This document shows, one piece after another, positions 55,691 to 64,000 of a stretch of DNA of 64,000 bases. The DNA is from Anaerolineae bacterium (GTDB lineage Bacteria > Chloroflexota > Anaerolineae > SpSt-600): the NCBI GenBank assembly GCA_042408195.1, contig JBHOQL010000067.1, positions 11,579-75,578 of the forward strand. Direction: 5' to 3'. Each line of letters begins with the position of its first letter. Position 1 is the stretch's first letter. Made by a program: the position numbers and the translations under genes. A model generated the notes under the pieces. That model was not told the origin of the DNA. It saw only the letters and a list, made by a program, of their open reading frames with translations, and ran no database searches.

Positions 55691-56651
55691 CGGGATGCAA
55701 CGCTTTAGCTATTAATTCCAAGGCATAAACAACCCTGGGGCCTGGCCTCGAGACGATATCCGTCTGCTCCTGGGTAAGCTCGATGATGCGCCCCTCTTTT
55801 ACAGCCGTGATTTTATCCCAGCCAGGGCGTTTAGCCACGGTCTCAGCCGATTCACCATAGGGATGGTCGGCTAGGATGATCACTTCCGGATCTGCGGCAA
55901 TTACGGCTTCGTTAGAAAGCTGTAGGTAAGGCTGTCCCGTAGCGATATTTTCACCCCCGGCTCTCACGATGATGTCATGGACGAAGGATCCGGGCCCGAC
56001 GGTCCAGAGGTCACTGGAAAGCTCCCAGAAGACTCTTGGTTTTTTCCTGCCTTCCACAGCCTTGGCTATGGACTCCATCTTCTCCTGCATCTCAGCCACG
56101 AGAGTCTTGGCCTCTTTTTCTTTGCCAGTTATCTTGCCCACAAGTTCTATGCTTTCAAGGACCTGGGGCAGATCGTGGGCATCAACTACCACAACTGTAA
56201 GGCCAAGCTTTTCCAGTTCTGGAAGGACCTGGGCTATGTGGATGCTGGCGACGAGCACAAGGTCAGGGTTCAAAGCCATGAGCTTTTCTATGCTGACGTC
56301 AGCGAAACCACCGACTTTGGGCTTAGCCTGGGCTTCGGGAGGATAATTGCAGAACTCTGTCACTCCAGCCACCCTGTCTGCAAGGCCGAGGGCGTAAAGG
56401 ATTTCGGTTATGGATGGTGCCAAGGACACAATGGCTTTAGGCTCAGCTTTGATGGTGACCTGGCGGCCTGCAGGATCCGTCACAGTCATGGGATAAGGAG
56501 ATGGAGTTGGGGTAGGGGGCGGCGCGGGGGTGAAAGTTGGAGTTGGGGGAACGGGTGTCGGGGTAGGAGTTGGAGCGGGCTTACACCCTGCTCCAATCAA
56601 AAGCACGGCGATGGTCAGCAGTGTTATGGTGATAAAAGTCAACCGTTTCAT
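55677..56651 (-). CDS. Periplasmic binding lipoprotein, cluster A / BtuF-like (corrinoid or siderophore)
   Basis: I chose the internal start MKRLTFITITLLTIAVLLIGAGC (lipobox) with RBS GGAGGTG. A Pro/Thr-rich linker is followed by a BtuF-like fold (LAPSITEILYALGLADRVAGVTEFCNYP). Confidence 0.7.
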   Translation of the reverse strand: MKRLTFITITLLTIAVLLIGAGCKPAPTPTPTPVPPTPTFTPAPPPTPTPSPYPMTVTDPAGRQVTIKAEPKAIVSLAPSITEILYALGLADRVAGVTEFCNYPPEAQAKPKVGGFADVSIEKLMALNPDLVLVASIHIAQVLPELEKLGLTVVVVDAHDLPQVLESIELVGKITGKEKEAKTLVAEMQEKMESIAKAVEGRKKPRVFWELSSDLWTVGPGSFVHDIIVRAGGENIATGQPYLQLSNEAVIAADPEVIILADHPYGESAETVAKRPGWDKITAVKEGRIIELTQEQTDIVSRPGPRVVYALELIAKALHPDAFR

Positions 56652-56685
56652 AGCACACCTCCGCACAGGATTGATCAAACAAAAA

Positions 56686-56707
56686 GCCCCCCTGCTAGCC
56701 GGGGGGC
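56686..56707 (-). terminator. Rho-independent terminator serving as the riboswitch expression platform (GCCCCCCGGCTAGCAGGGGGGC followed by UUUUU on the minus strand)
   Basis: Read from the minus strand: a 7-bp G/C stem, an 8-nt loop, then T5. It lies about 35 nt upstream of the btuF-like start codon and downstream of the B12 aptamer. Confidence 0.55.
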
Positions 56708-56829
56708 ATAAATGAAAACCCCTTGCCTGCATAGCAGACAAGGGGGAACTCACCGTTCCATTCCCCTGTGCTCGCAGGTTCCTGGAACCGGGTCCCGGAA
56801 ACGTTCTCTTACAAGAAAGTTAACGGGCC

Positions 56830-57010
56830 CCTTGCGGCGAGGCAGGTATCCTGGCTCTCCCGTCCTTAAGGGTGCGGCCTTATAGCCCCGGCCCTTCTTG
56901 CACCCTGGACAGGATTACAGTTGCGGCACAGCGCCGGCCTTTCCAACCCTTAGGGGCTTCGGGCTGGATCACCGGACTTCCCCTTTTAAGGCCTGCCTTT
57001 CGGTCAGGCT
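56830..57010 (-). promoter_or_regulatory. Cobalamin (adenosylcobalamin/B12) riboswitch aptamer
   Basis: The minus strand contains the AAAAGGGGAAGTCCGGTGA region, the GCTGTGCCGCAACTGTAA element and the B12 box GCCAGGATACCTGCC in the canonical order. The boundaries are approximate (about +/-15 nt). Confidence 0.8.
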
Positions 57011-57084
57011 CACCCCGCCGCCTATTTAACTGGTAAAGTACAAACCTATTATAGCGCGGAAGCACAGTCAAGGCAAATTGGGCC

Positions 57085-58170
57085 CTAAGGCATCATGGGG
57101 ACTTGGGTGAGGAGTTTACCTCTTATGCGTTCAAAAATTTCATCCAAGTCCCGACCGGTTATAGTCAGGCCATGGTTTTTCAGCCCAACCACGGCCCTGG
57201 AAGGGTCCTCGGCTTGTTTGAGGGCATTGACTACTTCCATAGCCAGCTCCCTCGTCCCGCAGGGGTAATTCTGGCGAGTGGGAACTACTCCTTCCATCCA
57301 GGCGTGAGCGTGGACAATTGCTCCCACTTCAGGGAAGTTGGAATAGATAAGGTAGTGCTCAATGGCATCAACTGACGCCCGAACTGTGGGGTCGTAATCG
57401 GGGGGCACGCTCACCAAGATAGTGTTTTTCTCGGGATTGAACCCTTTTATGAGGACGATGTCCTTCCCAATCTTGGAAAGTTTTGCTTTGTTAACCCCCC
57501 TCGCTGTCATCCAGAACGTGGTTTCCCCAAGCTCCGGAATGTTCTCGCGAGCGCTCAAATTGCCGTAGCTAAGGCCCGTTATCCCGTATAGCAAGTAAAC
57601 ATGCCGCAGGTCTCTTTCTGATAAAAGTTCATGGATGGGGAACGGGGCAGGCAGTATGCCCATCTTGTCCATTTCCCGGCCGTAGTGGATAAGTTTCTCT
57701 GTGATGGGTGTGCCGTTCCAGTAAGCCGCAGGTAAGTCGGGTGTGATTTCGTTCTCTATCACCAGGACGGAGCAGGCTAAAGGCATAAGATGCTGGTAAA
57801 CCTCTTCGGGGTTCCAGGGGACTTTGTAGAAGCCTGCTTCCAGAGTTGTAAAGTAAATATCTACCTCTTCTCCCCTGACATGGGCATAAAGGACCAGGTT
57901 TGAAAGGCTGCGGACCAGCACTGTGTAAGCAGCCCGATGGGCATTTTCGGGAAGCTCTTCCACCACTACTAGGCTAGCCACAAACACTCCCTTCGATTTG
58001 CGGCGGTAAGGTCGGGGTTCGTTAGGATCAGTGAGGTTGAGGATCAAGCTGACTTCCGGGTCATTTTCGTGGGAGAGGGTGTGTCCTTTCGATTGCAACA
58101 AAGCCACTATCTTTTCCGCCAATGCATCTCTGACCGGATGCTTATCCAAAGCTACTACCGCGAATTTCAT
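57085..58170 (-). CDS. Class II aldolase/adducin-domain protein with an N-terminal domain of about 150 aa and unknown function
   Basis: The C-terminal half has aldolase-II motifs (GITGLSYGNLSAR, EVGAIVHAHAW, LKNHGLTITG). The N-terminal half was not recognised. Confidence 0.6.
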   Translation of the reverse strand: MKFAVVALDKHPVRDALAEKIVALLQSKGHTLSHENDPEVSLILNLTDPNEPRPYRRKSKGVFVASLVVVEELPENAHRAAYTVLVRSLSNLVLYAHVRGEEVDIYFTTLEAGFYKVPWNPEEVYQHLMPLACSVLVIENEITPDLPAAYWNGTPITEKLIHYGREMDKMGILPAPFPIHELLSERDLRHVYLLYGITGLSYGNLSARENIPELGETTFWMTARGVNKAKLSKIGKDIVLIKGFNPEKNTILVSVPPDYDPTVRASVDAIEHYLIYSNFPEVGAIVHAHAWMEGVVPTRQNYPCGTRELAMEVVNALKQAEDPSRAVVGLKNHGLTITGRDLDEIFERIRGKLLTQVPMMP

Positions 58171-58268
58171 CTCCTCTCCTCCCGTAGTTTTCGGTTTTAC
58201 GAAAAAAACACTTGAGAGCCCCCTACAGTTTCTGGTATAATTGAACCAAATTTGAAGGAGGCGTCGGC

Positions 58269-59522
58269 ATGCGGCGGTTCAACACACGCTTTCTGGAATA
58301 TATCACCCCTGAGGACCTCAAGAAGGAGCTGGAGAAGATCGGAGTTGACCGAGAAGGCCTGCAGGCGATGCTCCTCAAAGGGTTCTTCAGAGCAATAAAG
58401 CTCGAAGGAGTTAATTACGATGCCGCCCACATTCTCAAGCAGGAAATGTTGAGGTTGGGGGGAGAGGCGGCTATCTCGGCTGCGGTGTATTTTGGTGCTG
58501 CTGTTCCTACCGATGTTATCCTTATGGGGACAGTAGCCCAGCTGGGGAGTCTGATTTCTTACTTGAAACAGTTCCCCGACGCTACCCTCAGGACCATTGG
58601 AGAGGAATTAGAGCAAGCCCTTAAGAATTACCGGGGCGAGAACCTCAAACCAATGCAGATTGGCAACAGGACCTTCGTCTGGGGAGAGCGGACTTACATA
58701 ATGGGGATAATCAATGTTACACCGGATTCTTTCTCGGGGGATGGTCTGGCGGGAGATGTGGAAGCTGCTGTAGCTCAGGCCGTTCGCTTCGTAGAGGAGG
58801 GAGCTGATATCTTGGACATAGGGGGAGAGTCAACCCGTCCCGGCTCTCAACCCATTTCAGAAGAGGAGGAGCTGAGTCGGGTTATGCCGGTCCTCAAACG
58901 TCTGGTCAAAGAGGTTGATGTGCCCATTTCCATTGATACCTACAAGGCTAAAGTGGCTCGGGAAGCTCTGGAGGTCGGAGCGAGCATGGTCAACGACGTC
59001 TGGGGATTGAGGATGGATCCTGATATGGCCAAGGTTGTAGCTGAGTACAAGGTTCCGGTGGTGATAATGCACAATCGCTCCCAGCCCAAAAATGCTGTGC
59101 AGGAAGAGCGTCTCGGGGGCCGGTACGTTGGGATAGAATACCGTGACCTAATGGCTGATATTATCCAGGAGCTTGAATACAGTATTAACCTGGCCCTCGA
59201 GGCTGGAGTGGAGTTCGACAAAATCATTGTGGACCCAGGAATAGGCTTTGGGAAGACGGTAGAGCAGAACCTGGAGATCCTGCGTCGCCTAGGCGAACTT
59301 AAAGTGCTGGGTAGGCCAATCCTTCTGGGGACCTCCAGGAAATCGGTTATAGGGTATGTGCTTAACCTTCCCCCCAACGAAAGGGTGGAGGGAACTGCTG
59401 CCACAGTAGCCCTTGGTATAGCCGCCGGAGCTGACATCGTGAGGGTGCACGACGTAAAGGAGATGGTTCGTGTTGCCAGGATGACCGATGCAATTGTGAG
59501 GGGAGCTTTTCGTGAAACTTAA
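58269..59522 (+). CDS. folP: Dihydropteroate synthase with an N-terminal extension of about 130 aa
   Basis: The core begins YIMGIINVTPDSFSGDG, the DHPS signature, followed by DILDIGGESTRPG. It is 417 aa versus about 280 aa for typical FolP. Confidence 0.8.
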   Translation: MRRFNTRFLEYITPEDLKKELEKIGVDREGLQAMLLKGFFRAIKLEGVNYDAAHILKQEMLRLGGEAAISAAVYFGAAVPTDVILMGTVAQLGSLISYLKQFPDATLRTIGEELEQALKNYRGENLKPMQIGNRTFVWGERTYIMGIINVTPDSFSGDGLAGDVEAAVAQAVRFVEEGADILDIGGESTRPGSQPISEEEELSRVMPVLKRLVKEVDVPISIDTYKAKVAREALEVGASMVNDVWGLRMDPDMAKVVAEYKVPVVIMHNRSQPKNAVQEERLGGRYVGIEYRDLMADIIQELEYSINLALEAGVEFDKIIVDPGIGFGKTVEQNLEILRRLGELKVLGRPILLGTSRKSVIGYVLNLPPNERVEGTAATVALGIAAGADIVRVHDVKEMVRVARMTDAIVRGAFRET

Positions 59523-60885
59523 GGGAGCTTTAGCGGCTCTCGCGGTTGGGTTTTTAATTGTGCTCCTTCCTGTGAAATGGTCCGCTGCTCTGCTGGCAGC
59601 AGGAACTCTAACTATCGTTAGCCTCTTGTATCCGGCCTCGATTTTTCCGTTCCTTGCCCTCAGCATACCTCTGGGGTCAATTAGGGAGTTCCCCGTAGGT
59701 CCTGCTAAAGTCGGCTTAACGGAGGCGATAGTAGTGTTGGCGGTGGCAGTTTGGCTGGCGAGAAAGCTTGCACTAAAGGAGAGCTGGCGCGACGCTGGGC
59801 CTCTTTTTCTTCCTCTGCTTGTTTTACTCGGCGTGATGTCCGTTTCGGTCCTCCAGGCTATTTCCCTTGAATATTCCCTTAAGGAACTTCTCAAGTGGGG
59901 TGAAGTTTTACTGGTCTACCTTATCCTCAGTACGATTATCGGAAAGAGGGAAATCCCGCTCGTGGTGGGTGGGCTTCTCCTTGCAGGCTTTCTGGAAGGG
60001 CTTCTGGGGTTATATCAGTTCGTGACTCGCTCAGGCCCTGAACATTTCGTAGTAATGGGCAGGTTTGTACGGGCTTACGGGCATTTCATGCAGCCCAATC
60101 CTTTCGGTGGATACATGGGGCTTGTGATGCCCCTAGCCGTCGCTCTTGGCGTTGGACTCCTTCTTGACGGGAAAATTTCCCGGCGATGGCGTTTGGCTGT
60201 AGGTATCAGTTGCCTTGCTGTAGGGGGAGTGACTGGAACGGCTCTGGTCATGAGCTGGTCGAGGGGGGCGTGGCTGGGGGCGGCGGTGGCAGTGGCAGTT
60301 CTGGCCGTGCTTATGGACAAGAGGCTCTCTATCGCTCTGGGCCTTTTGCTCTTGGTCCTGGTCCTATTGGTTGAACTCCCTCTTGAAATTTTTCTGGTGA
60401 GGTTTCAGGATCTATCCCTTGCGCCTGTTTCGGAGGATATAAGGACCGTTGAAATCACCGATGAGAACTACGCTCTTATAGAGAGGCTTGCCCACTGGGA
60501 TGCAGCCCTGAGGATGTGGAACGACCACTTCTGGCTCGGGGTAGGAATAGGGAATTACGAGCCTGTCTACCATGCTTATGCCCTCCCCCGCTGGCCTGAA
60601 CCCCTGGGCCATGCCCACAATTACTACCTGAACATTGCCGCTGAGACCGGTTTCATCGGCCTAACAACTTACTTGCTCTTCTGGGGTTGGGCTTTCTACC
60701 GGACCCTTAGGGCTTTTCGCTCGGCTTCCGGATGGGAAAGAGCACTACTTACTGGGATAATGGGGAGCTTTACCCACCTTTCGGTCCACAATTTCTTTGA
60801 CAACCTCTACGTTCACGGAATGTATCTCCACGTAGCTATCCTTTTGGGCATCGTTTCCCTGCTTAGTCCTCGCAGTGAATACTGA
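59512..60885 (+). CDS. O-antigen ligase/polymerase family (Wzy_C domain) membrane protein
   Basis: 457 aa and polytopic. A Wzy_C-like periplasmic loop region around GHAHNYYLNIAAETGFIGL is present. Confidence 0.65.
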   Translation: MKLKGALAALAVGFLIVLLPVKWSAALLAAGTLTIVSLLYPASIFPFLALSIPLGSIREFPVGPAKVGLTEAIVVLAVAVWLARKLALKESWRDAGPLFLPLLVLLGVMSVSVLQAISLEYSLKELLKWGEVLLVYLILSTIIGKREIPLVVGGLLLAGFLEGLLGLYQFVTRSGPEHFVVMGRFVRAYGHFMQPNPFGGYMGLVMPLAVALGVGLLLDGKISRRWRLAVGISCLAVGGVTGTALVMSWSRGAWLGAAVAVAVLAVLMDKRLSIALGLLLLVLVLLVELPLEIFLVRFQDLSLAPVSEDIRTVEITDENYALIERLAHWDAALRMWNDHFWLGVGIGNYEPVYHAYALPRWPEPLGHAHNYYLNIAAETGFIGLTTYLLFWGWAFYRTLRAFRSASGWERALLTGIMGSFTHLSVHNFFDNLYVHGMYLHVAILLGIVSLLSPRSEY

Positions 60886-60952
60886 AAGCCCTTTTCGTCA
60901 AGCCTTTGCTCCGGTATAGAAATTGGTTTATAATTAACCCAAGGAGCTTTCC

Positions 60953-62323
60953 ATGACGAAAGAAAAGGTCGCTTACGTTTGCCAAAATTGTGGAGCTTCT
61001 TTTCCCAAGTGGATGGGAAGGTGTCCCCAATGCGGGGAGTGGAATACTTTAGAAGAAAGAGCTTTAGAAGTCCGCAAAGCATATCCCCGCACCCTTGTTA
61101 CGCCTACCTCGGAACCCGTCCCCATAACGGCTGTCCCATCGGAAGATGTAGCGAGGATTGAAATACCCGTAGGGGAACTGAACCGAGTGTTGGGGGGAGG
61201 CATAGTTCCGGGCTCTGTCATCCTGATAGCGGGCGAACCGGGAATAGGCAAATCCACTTTGCTCCTGCAATTGGCTTCTCTGTTGGCCCGTGGAAGCGCC
61301 CGGCCGGTCCTCTATGTCTCTGGGGAAGAATCTATCCGCCAGATAAAGATGAGAGCTGCTCGCCTCGGAGTGGAGGAAGATAACCTCTACGTTCTGGCTG
61401 AGACTTCTTTGGAACAAATCCTGAACCATGTTGAGCGTATGGAACCTTTCACCGTGGTAGTGGATTCCATCCAGGCCATCTACTCTGAAGTATTGGAGTC
61501 AACGCCGGGAAGCATTGTGCAGGTCAGGGAGTGCGCCTATGCGCTCCTAAAGCTGGCCAAAGCCACTGGAATCCCCATCTTCTTGGTGGGTCACGTAACC
61601 AAAGCGGGAGATATAGCAGGGCCCAAGGTATTGGAGCATGCAGTTGACGCTGTCCTATACCTTGAGGGCGACCCATTCCACGCTTATAGAATCCTGCGGA
61701 GTGTAAAGAACCGTTTCGGTGCCACTTCGGAGGTTGGGGTCTTTGAGATGGAGGAGCAGGGCCTGAGAGAAGTGCCAAATCCCTCGGAGATTTTCTTGGC
61801 CGAAAGGGTGCCCAATGCTTCAGGCTCGGCCATTGCGGTGACGATGGAGGGCTCGAGGCCTCTCCTGGTGGAAATCCAAGCTCTCACTTCTCCCACGAGC
61901 TTTGCCATTCCTCGCCGCACGGCCAATGGCATTGACCTCAGCCGGCTCCTCCTGTTGATAGCTGTCCTGACCAAGAGGGTTGGGCTGCACCTTTCCGATC
62001 AGGACGTATTCGTGAATGTGGTGGGGGGGATAAAGATAAAAGAGCCCGCAGTGGATCTGGCGGTGGCCATAGCGATCGCTTCGGGTTTCAGGAATATTCC
62101 AGTGGCAGCGGATCTGGCGATCGTGGGGGAAATAGGGCTCGTTGGGGAGCTGAGAGGGGTGAGACAGATGTCCCAGCGCTTGGCTGAAGCTGCCAGGCTC
62201 GGATTCAAAAAGTGCCTTGTCCCTGCTGGTTCAGTGAAATCAGGCCAGAGGACCTTTGACGGAATGGAGGTTGTGCCAGTTCGCTCTCTGGAAGAAGCTC
62301 TTGATGTAGCTCTTGTGCGGTGA
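60953..62323 (+). CDS. radA: DNA repair protein RadA/Sms
   Basis: The N-terminal zinc finger reads CQNCGASFPKWMGRCPQCGEW. The RecA-like Walker A is GEPGIGKST, the KNRFG motif is present and there is a C-terminal Lon-like domain. Confidence 0.9.
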   Translation: MTKEKVAYVCQNCGASFPKWMGRCPQCGEWNTLEERALEVRKAYPRTLVTPTSEPVPITAVPSEDVARIEIPVGELNRVLGGGIVPGSVILIAGEPGIGKSTLLLQLASLLARGSARPVLYVSGEESIRQIKMRAARLGVEEDNLYVLAETSLEQILNHVERMEPFTVVVDSIQAIYSEVLESTPGSIVQVRECAYALLKLAKATGIPIFLVGHVTKAGDIAGPKVLEHAVDAVLYLEGDPFHAYRILRSVKNRFGATSEVGVFEMEEQGLREVPNPSEIFLAERVPNASGSAIAVTMEGSRPLLVEIQALTSPTSFAIPRRTANGIDLSRLLLLIAVLTKRVGLHLSDQDVFVNVVGGIKIKEPAVDLAVAIAIASGFRNIPVAADLAIVGEIGLVGELRGVRQMSQRLAEAARLGFKKCLVPAGSVKSGQRTFDGMEVVPVRSLEEALDVALVR

Positions 62324-62330
62324 GGATCCT

Positions 62331-62816
62331 ATGCTGCCGCTTGCCCATCTTGGTTTAAGCCTTGCTTCTTTCGGTTTCCTCCGCAGGAAGGGTCTCTTCA
62401 GGGAGATAGAATACAAAAAGGTGGCTTTGGCAGCTTTACTGCCCGACCTCATCGATAAACCGCTGGCCGTTTTTGTCTTTCCGGAATTGAAATCGGCCAT
62501 GCTTTTCTCCCACACCTTGCTCTTCCATCTGGCTGTTTGGCTACTGGTATTTCTGAAGGGGTGGCGACATTTGCCGTACGCTCTAGCCTTCACAGGCCAT
62601 CTCCTTTTGGACAGGATATGGGATTTTCCTCAGACTTTCTTCTTCCCCTTCAAGGGTTGGAGGTTTCACCGCTGGCGCGATGTAGGCTCTCCTGCGGCTT
62701 TCGGAAGGGCCTACTTTGAAGTTGTGGGAGAACACCCGGAGCTTGTGGTTGGAGAACTCGTGGGGCTGATTGCCCTGCTCTGGTTTTGTCGGGAGAAGGT
62801 GCAGGGTAAAATATGA
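62331..62816 (+). CDS. Membrane-bound metal-dependent hydrolase-like protein (DUF457/YdjM-like)
   Basis: The N-terminus MLPLAHLGLSLA and LLPDLIDKPL are typical of DUF457. I chose the internal ATG at 62331. Confidence 0.5.
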   Translation: MLPLAHLGLSLASFGFLRRKGLFREIEYKKVALAALLPDLIDKPLAVFVFPELKSAMLFSHTLLFHLAVWLLVFLKGWRHLPYALAFTGHLLLDRIWDFPQTFFFPFKGWRFHRWRDVGSPAAFGRAYFEVVGEHPELVVGELVGLIALLWFCREKVQGKI

Positions 62817-63355
62817 GAGTGATTGCTGGAGAGGCAGGCGGGATAAAATTGCTTTCCGTTCCGGGGAGGAAAACCCGCCCTATAACGGACAGGGTTAAAG
62901 CGGCGCTATTTGACATATTAGGCAACAAAGTGGAGGGGGCTTCGTTCCTTGACCTTTTCGCCGGAACGGGAAGTGTAGGCATAGAGGCTCTGAGCAGGGG
63001 GGCATCTAGAGCGACTTTCGTGGAAAAGGATCCGGCCGTCATACGGGTTTTGCAGGAAAATCTCCGTCGCACCGGTCTTGAAGCCAGGGCAGAAATTGTA
63101 CAGGGTGATGTCTTCAAGTTCTTGGAGCGTGAGACAGGCAGATTGTATGACATAATCTACCTGGCCCCACCGCAATACCTTGGCCTTTGGGCGAAAACTT
63201 TGCTTATCTTGGACAAAACCCGACCGCTCGCACCCAACGGCTTAGTAATAGCCCAGATTTTTCCCAAAGAATACGAGGAATTGCCCCTTGGAAACCTGAA
63301 GCTGCGGGAAAAACGCCGCTACGGCAGCACTCTTCTCTGTTTTTACAGTCTCTGA
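62813..63355 (+). CDS. rsmD: 16S rRNA (guanine966-N2)-methyltransferase
   Basis: The N-terminus MRVIAGEAGGIKLLSVPGRKTRPITDRVKAALFDILG with LDLFAGTGSVGIEALSRGA is the RsmD signature. The DPPY-like motif reads LAPPQY. Confidence 0.8.
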   Translation: MRVIAGEAGGIKLLSVPGRKTRPITDRVKAALFDILGNKVEGASFLDLFAGTGSVGIEALSRGASRATFVEKDPAVIRVLQENLRRTGLEARAEIVQGDVFKFLERETGRLYDIIYLAPPQYLGLWAKTLLILDKTRPLAPNGLVIAQIFPKEYEELPLGNLKLREKRRYGSTLLCFYSL

Positions 63356-63369
63356 GGAGGTGATGGGCT

Positions 63370-63648
63370 ATGGAGATGGCTCGGCTTAAAGCCAAAGTCC
63401 ACGGAATAGTGCAGGGGGTGAATTTCCGCTACTATACCCGGCTCAAGGCTCAGGAGTTGGGGGTAAAGGGTTGGGTTCGCAATAATCCCGATGGCACCGT
63501 GGAGGTGGACGCAGAGGGGGAGAAAGAAGCTCTGAACAAGCTCCTGGAGTTCCTGCATCGTGGTCCGCCCAGCGCTGTAGTTACGAAAGTGGAGGCGGAG
63601 TGGTTGCCCTTCAAGGGCCTCTACGATAGCTTCAAGGTGCGCTTCTAA
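63370..63648 (+). CDS. acyP: Acylphosphatase
   Basis: 92 aa. VHGIVQGVNFRYYTRLKAQELGVKGWVRNNPDGTVEV matches the acylphosphatase signatures. Confidence 0.85.
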   Translation: MEMARLKAKVHGIVQGVNFRYYTRLKAQELGVKGWVRNNPDGTVEVDAEGEKEALNKLLEFLHRGPPSAVVTKVEAEWLPFKGLYDSFKVRF

Positions 63649-64000
63649 TGAGGCAAAACATAGAACGCATCGCCTGGCTTGTCCTCATAATCTCTTTCAT
63701 CATCTTCTGCCTTTTGGCAGTAGGGATACCCCTTTCCATCCGCTGGTATATCATTAACGCCACTGTAGCCCATAATGCCTCAGTCACAGTGATAGGGAGT
63801 GCTGTTTTCGTCAGAGAATCCCCTTACGCTGAACCCCTTGGAGTGGCCGAAAGCAGGACAATAAGGGAGGGGAATTCGGTAGAAACACCCGATGATTCTT
63901 CCAGAGCGGTCATCACTTTCTTTGACGGAAGCATAGCTGTGGTCTACGGAAAGGCCAAGGTGGAAGTGGCGAAGATGCGCTCCCCTCGCTTTTCGCTGAG
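63648..64000 (+). CDS. Partial ORF: membrane protein of unknown function. The N-terminal ~117 aa are in the window and it continues past the window end.
   Basis: The ATG overlaps the acyP stop (TAATG). The translation MRQNIERIAWLVLIISFIIFCLLAVGIPL... has a TM helix. There is no stop before 64000. Confidence 0.35.
   Translation, partial: MRQNIERIAWLVLIISFIIFCLLAVGIPLSIRWYIINATVAHNASVTVIGSAVFVRESPYAEPLGVAESRTIREGNSVETPDDSSRAVITFFDGSIAVVYGKAKVEVAKMRSPRFSL

Noticed and set aside
55977-56711. 244-aa plus-strand ORF
   Set aside because: It is antisense to the BtuF-like lipoprotein gene. Part of its length is the mirror image of the Pro/Thr linker.
1-64000. CRISPR arrays, transposases, integrases and phage genes
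   Set aside because: No array of regularly spaced direct repeats was seen. No protein has transposase, integrase or recombinase motifs. The window looks like core chromosome with operons, not a mobile island.

Overview
The window is gene-dense (about 90% coding) and GC-rich. It is probably from a Chloroflexota-like bacterium: several lipoproteins carry Pro/Thr-rich linkers and complex I is of the 11-subunit type. This taxonomic guess is low-confidence inference. No rRNA, tRNA, CRISPR array or mobile-element gene was recognised.

Layout from start to end:
(1) 1-9455, minus strand: a LacI-controlled glycan-utilisation operon. It encodes an Opp-family ABC importer (oppABCDF-like), a GH130 phosphorylase, a GH4 NAD-dependent glycosidase and a BadF-type sugar kinase that runs off the window start. 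Two palindromic LacI-type operators lie upstream.
(2) 10000-17551: housekeeping and envelope genes. These are a transglutaminase-like membrane protein, a divergent Amt-family transporter, a Mut7-C RNase-domain protein, an Lgt-family transferase and an 881-aa polytopic membrane protein.
(3) 17823-39457: the most interesting region. A DrrAB-like ABC-2 exporter sits divergent to a 1074-aa regulator with an inverted domain order (STAND ATPase, TPR, then winged helix plus BTAD/SARP). A tightly packed 16-gene operon follows. It encodes an FabG-like SDR, three paralogous AMP-dependent ligases, three alpha/beta-hydrolases, a FabH-like enzyme whose catalytic His/Asn appear replaced, a double-hotdog MaoC dehydratase and a Liv-family ABC importer. 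Directly upstream of the operon are direct GTAAC heptamers at 11-bp spacing, with the last one 8 bp before a TATAAA -10. This is the classical SARP-box geometry. The operon ends in a strong intrinsic terminator. I interpret this as a candidate undescribed acyl-CoA-based (ACP-free) small-molecule pathway or BGC. A catabolic role is not excluded.
(4) 39503-49807: an nuoABCDHIJKLMN operon with no nuoEFG.
(5) 49794-57010, minus strand: a cobalamin riboswitch with terminator, followed by btuFCD-like transport genes, a glutaminase-less AsnB-like PP-loop enzyme, cobT, cobS, a CbiR-like TIM-barrel gene and cobU. This looks like a cobamide salvage and remodelling operon.
(6) 57085-64000: an aldolase-II-domain protein, folP with an N-terminal extension, an O-antigen-ligase-family protein, radA, a DUF457-like hydrolase, rsmD, an acylphosphatase and a partial membrane-protein ORF.
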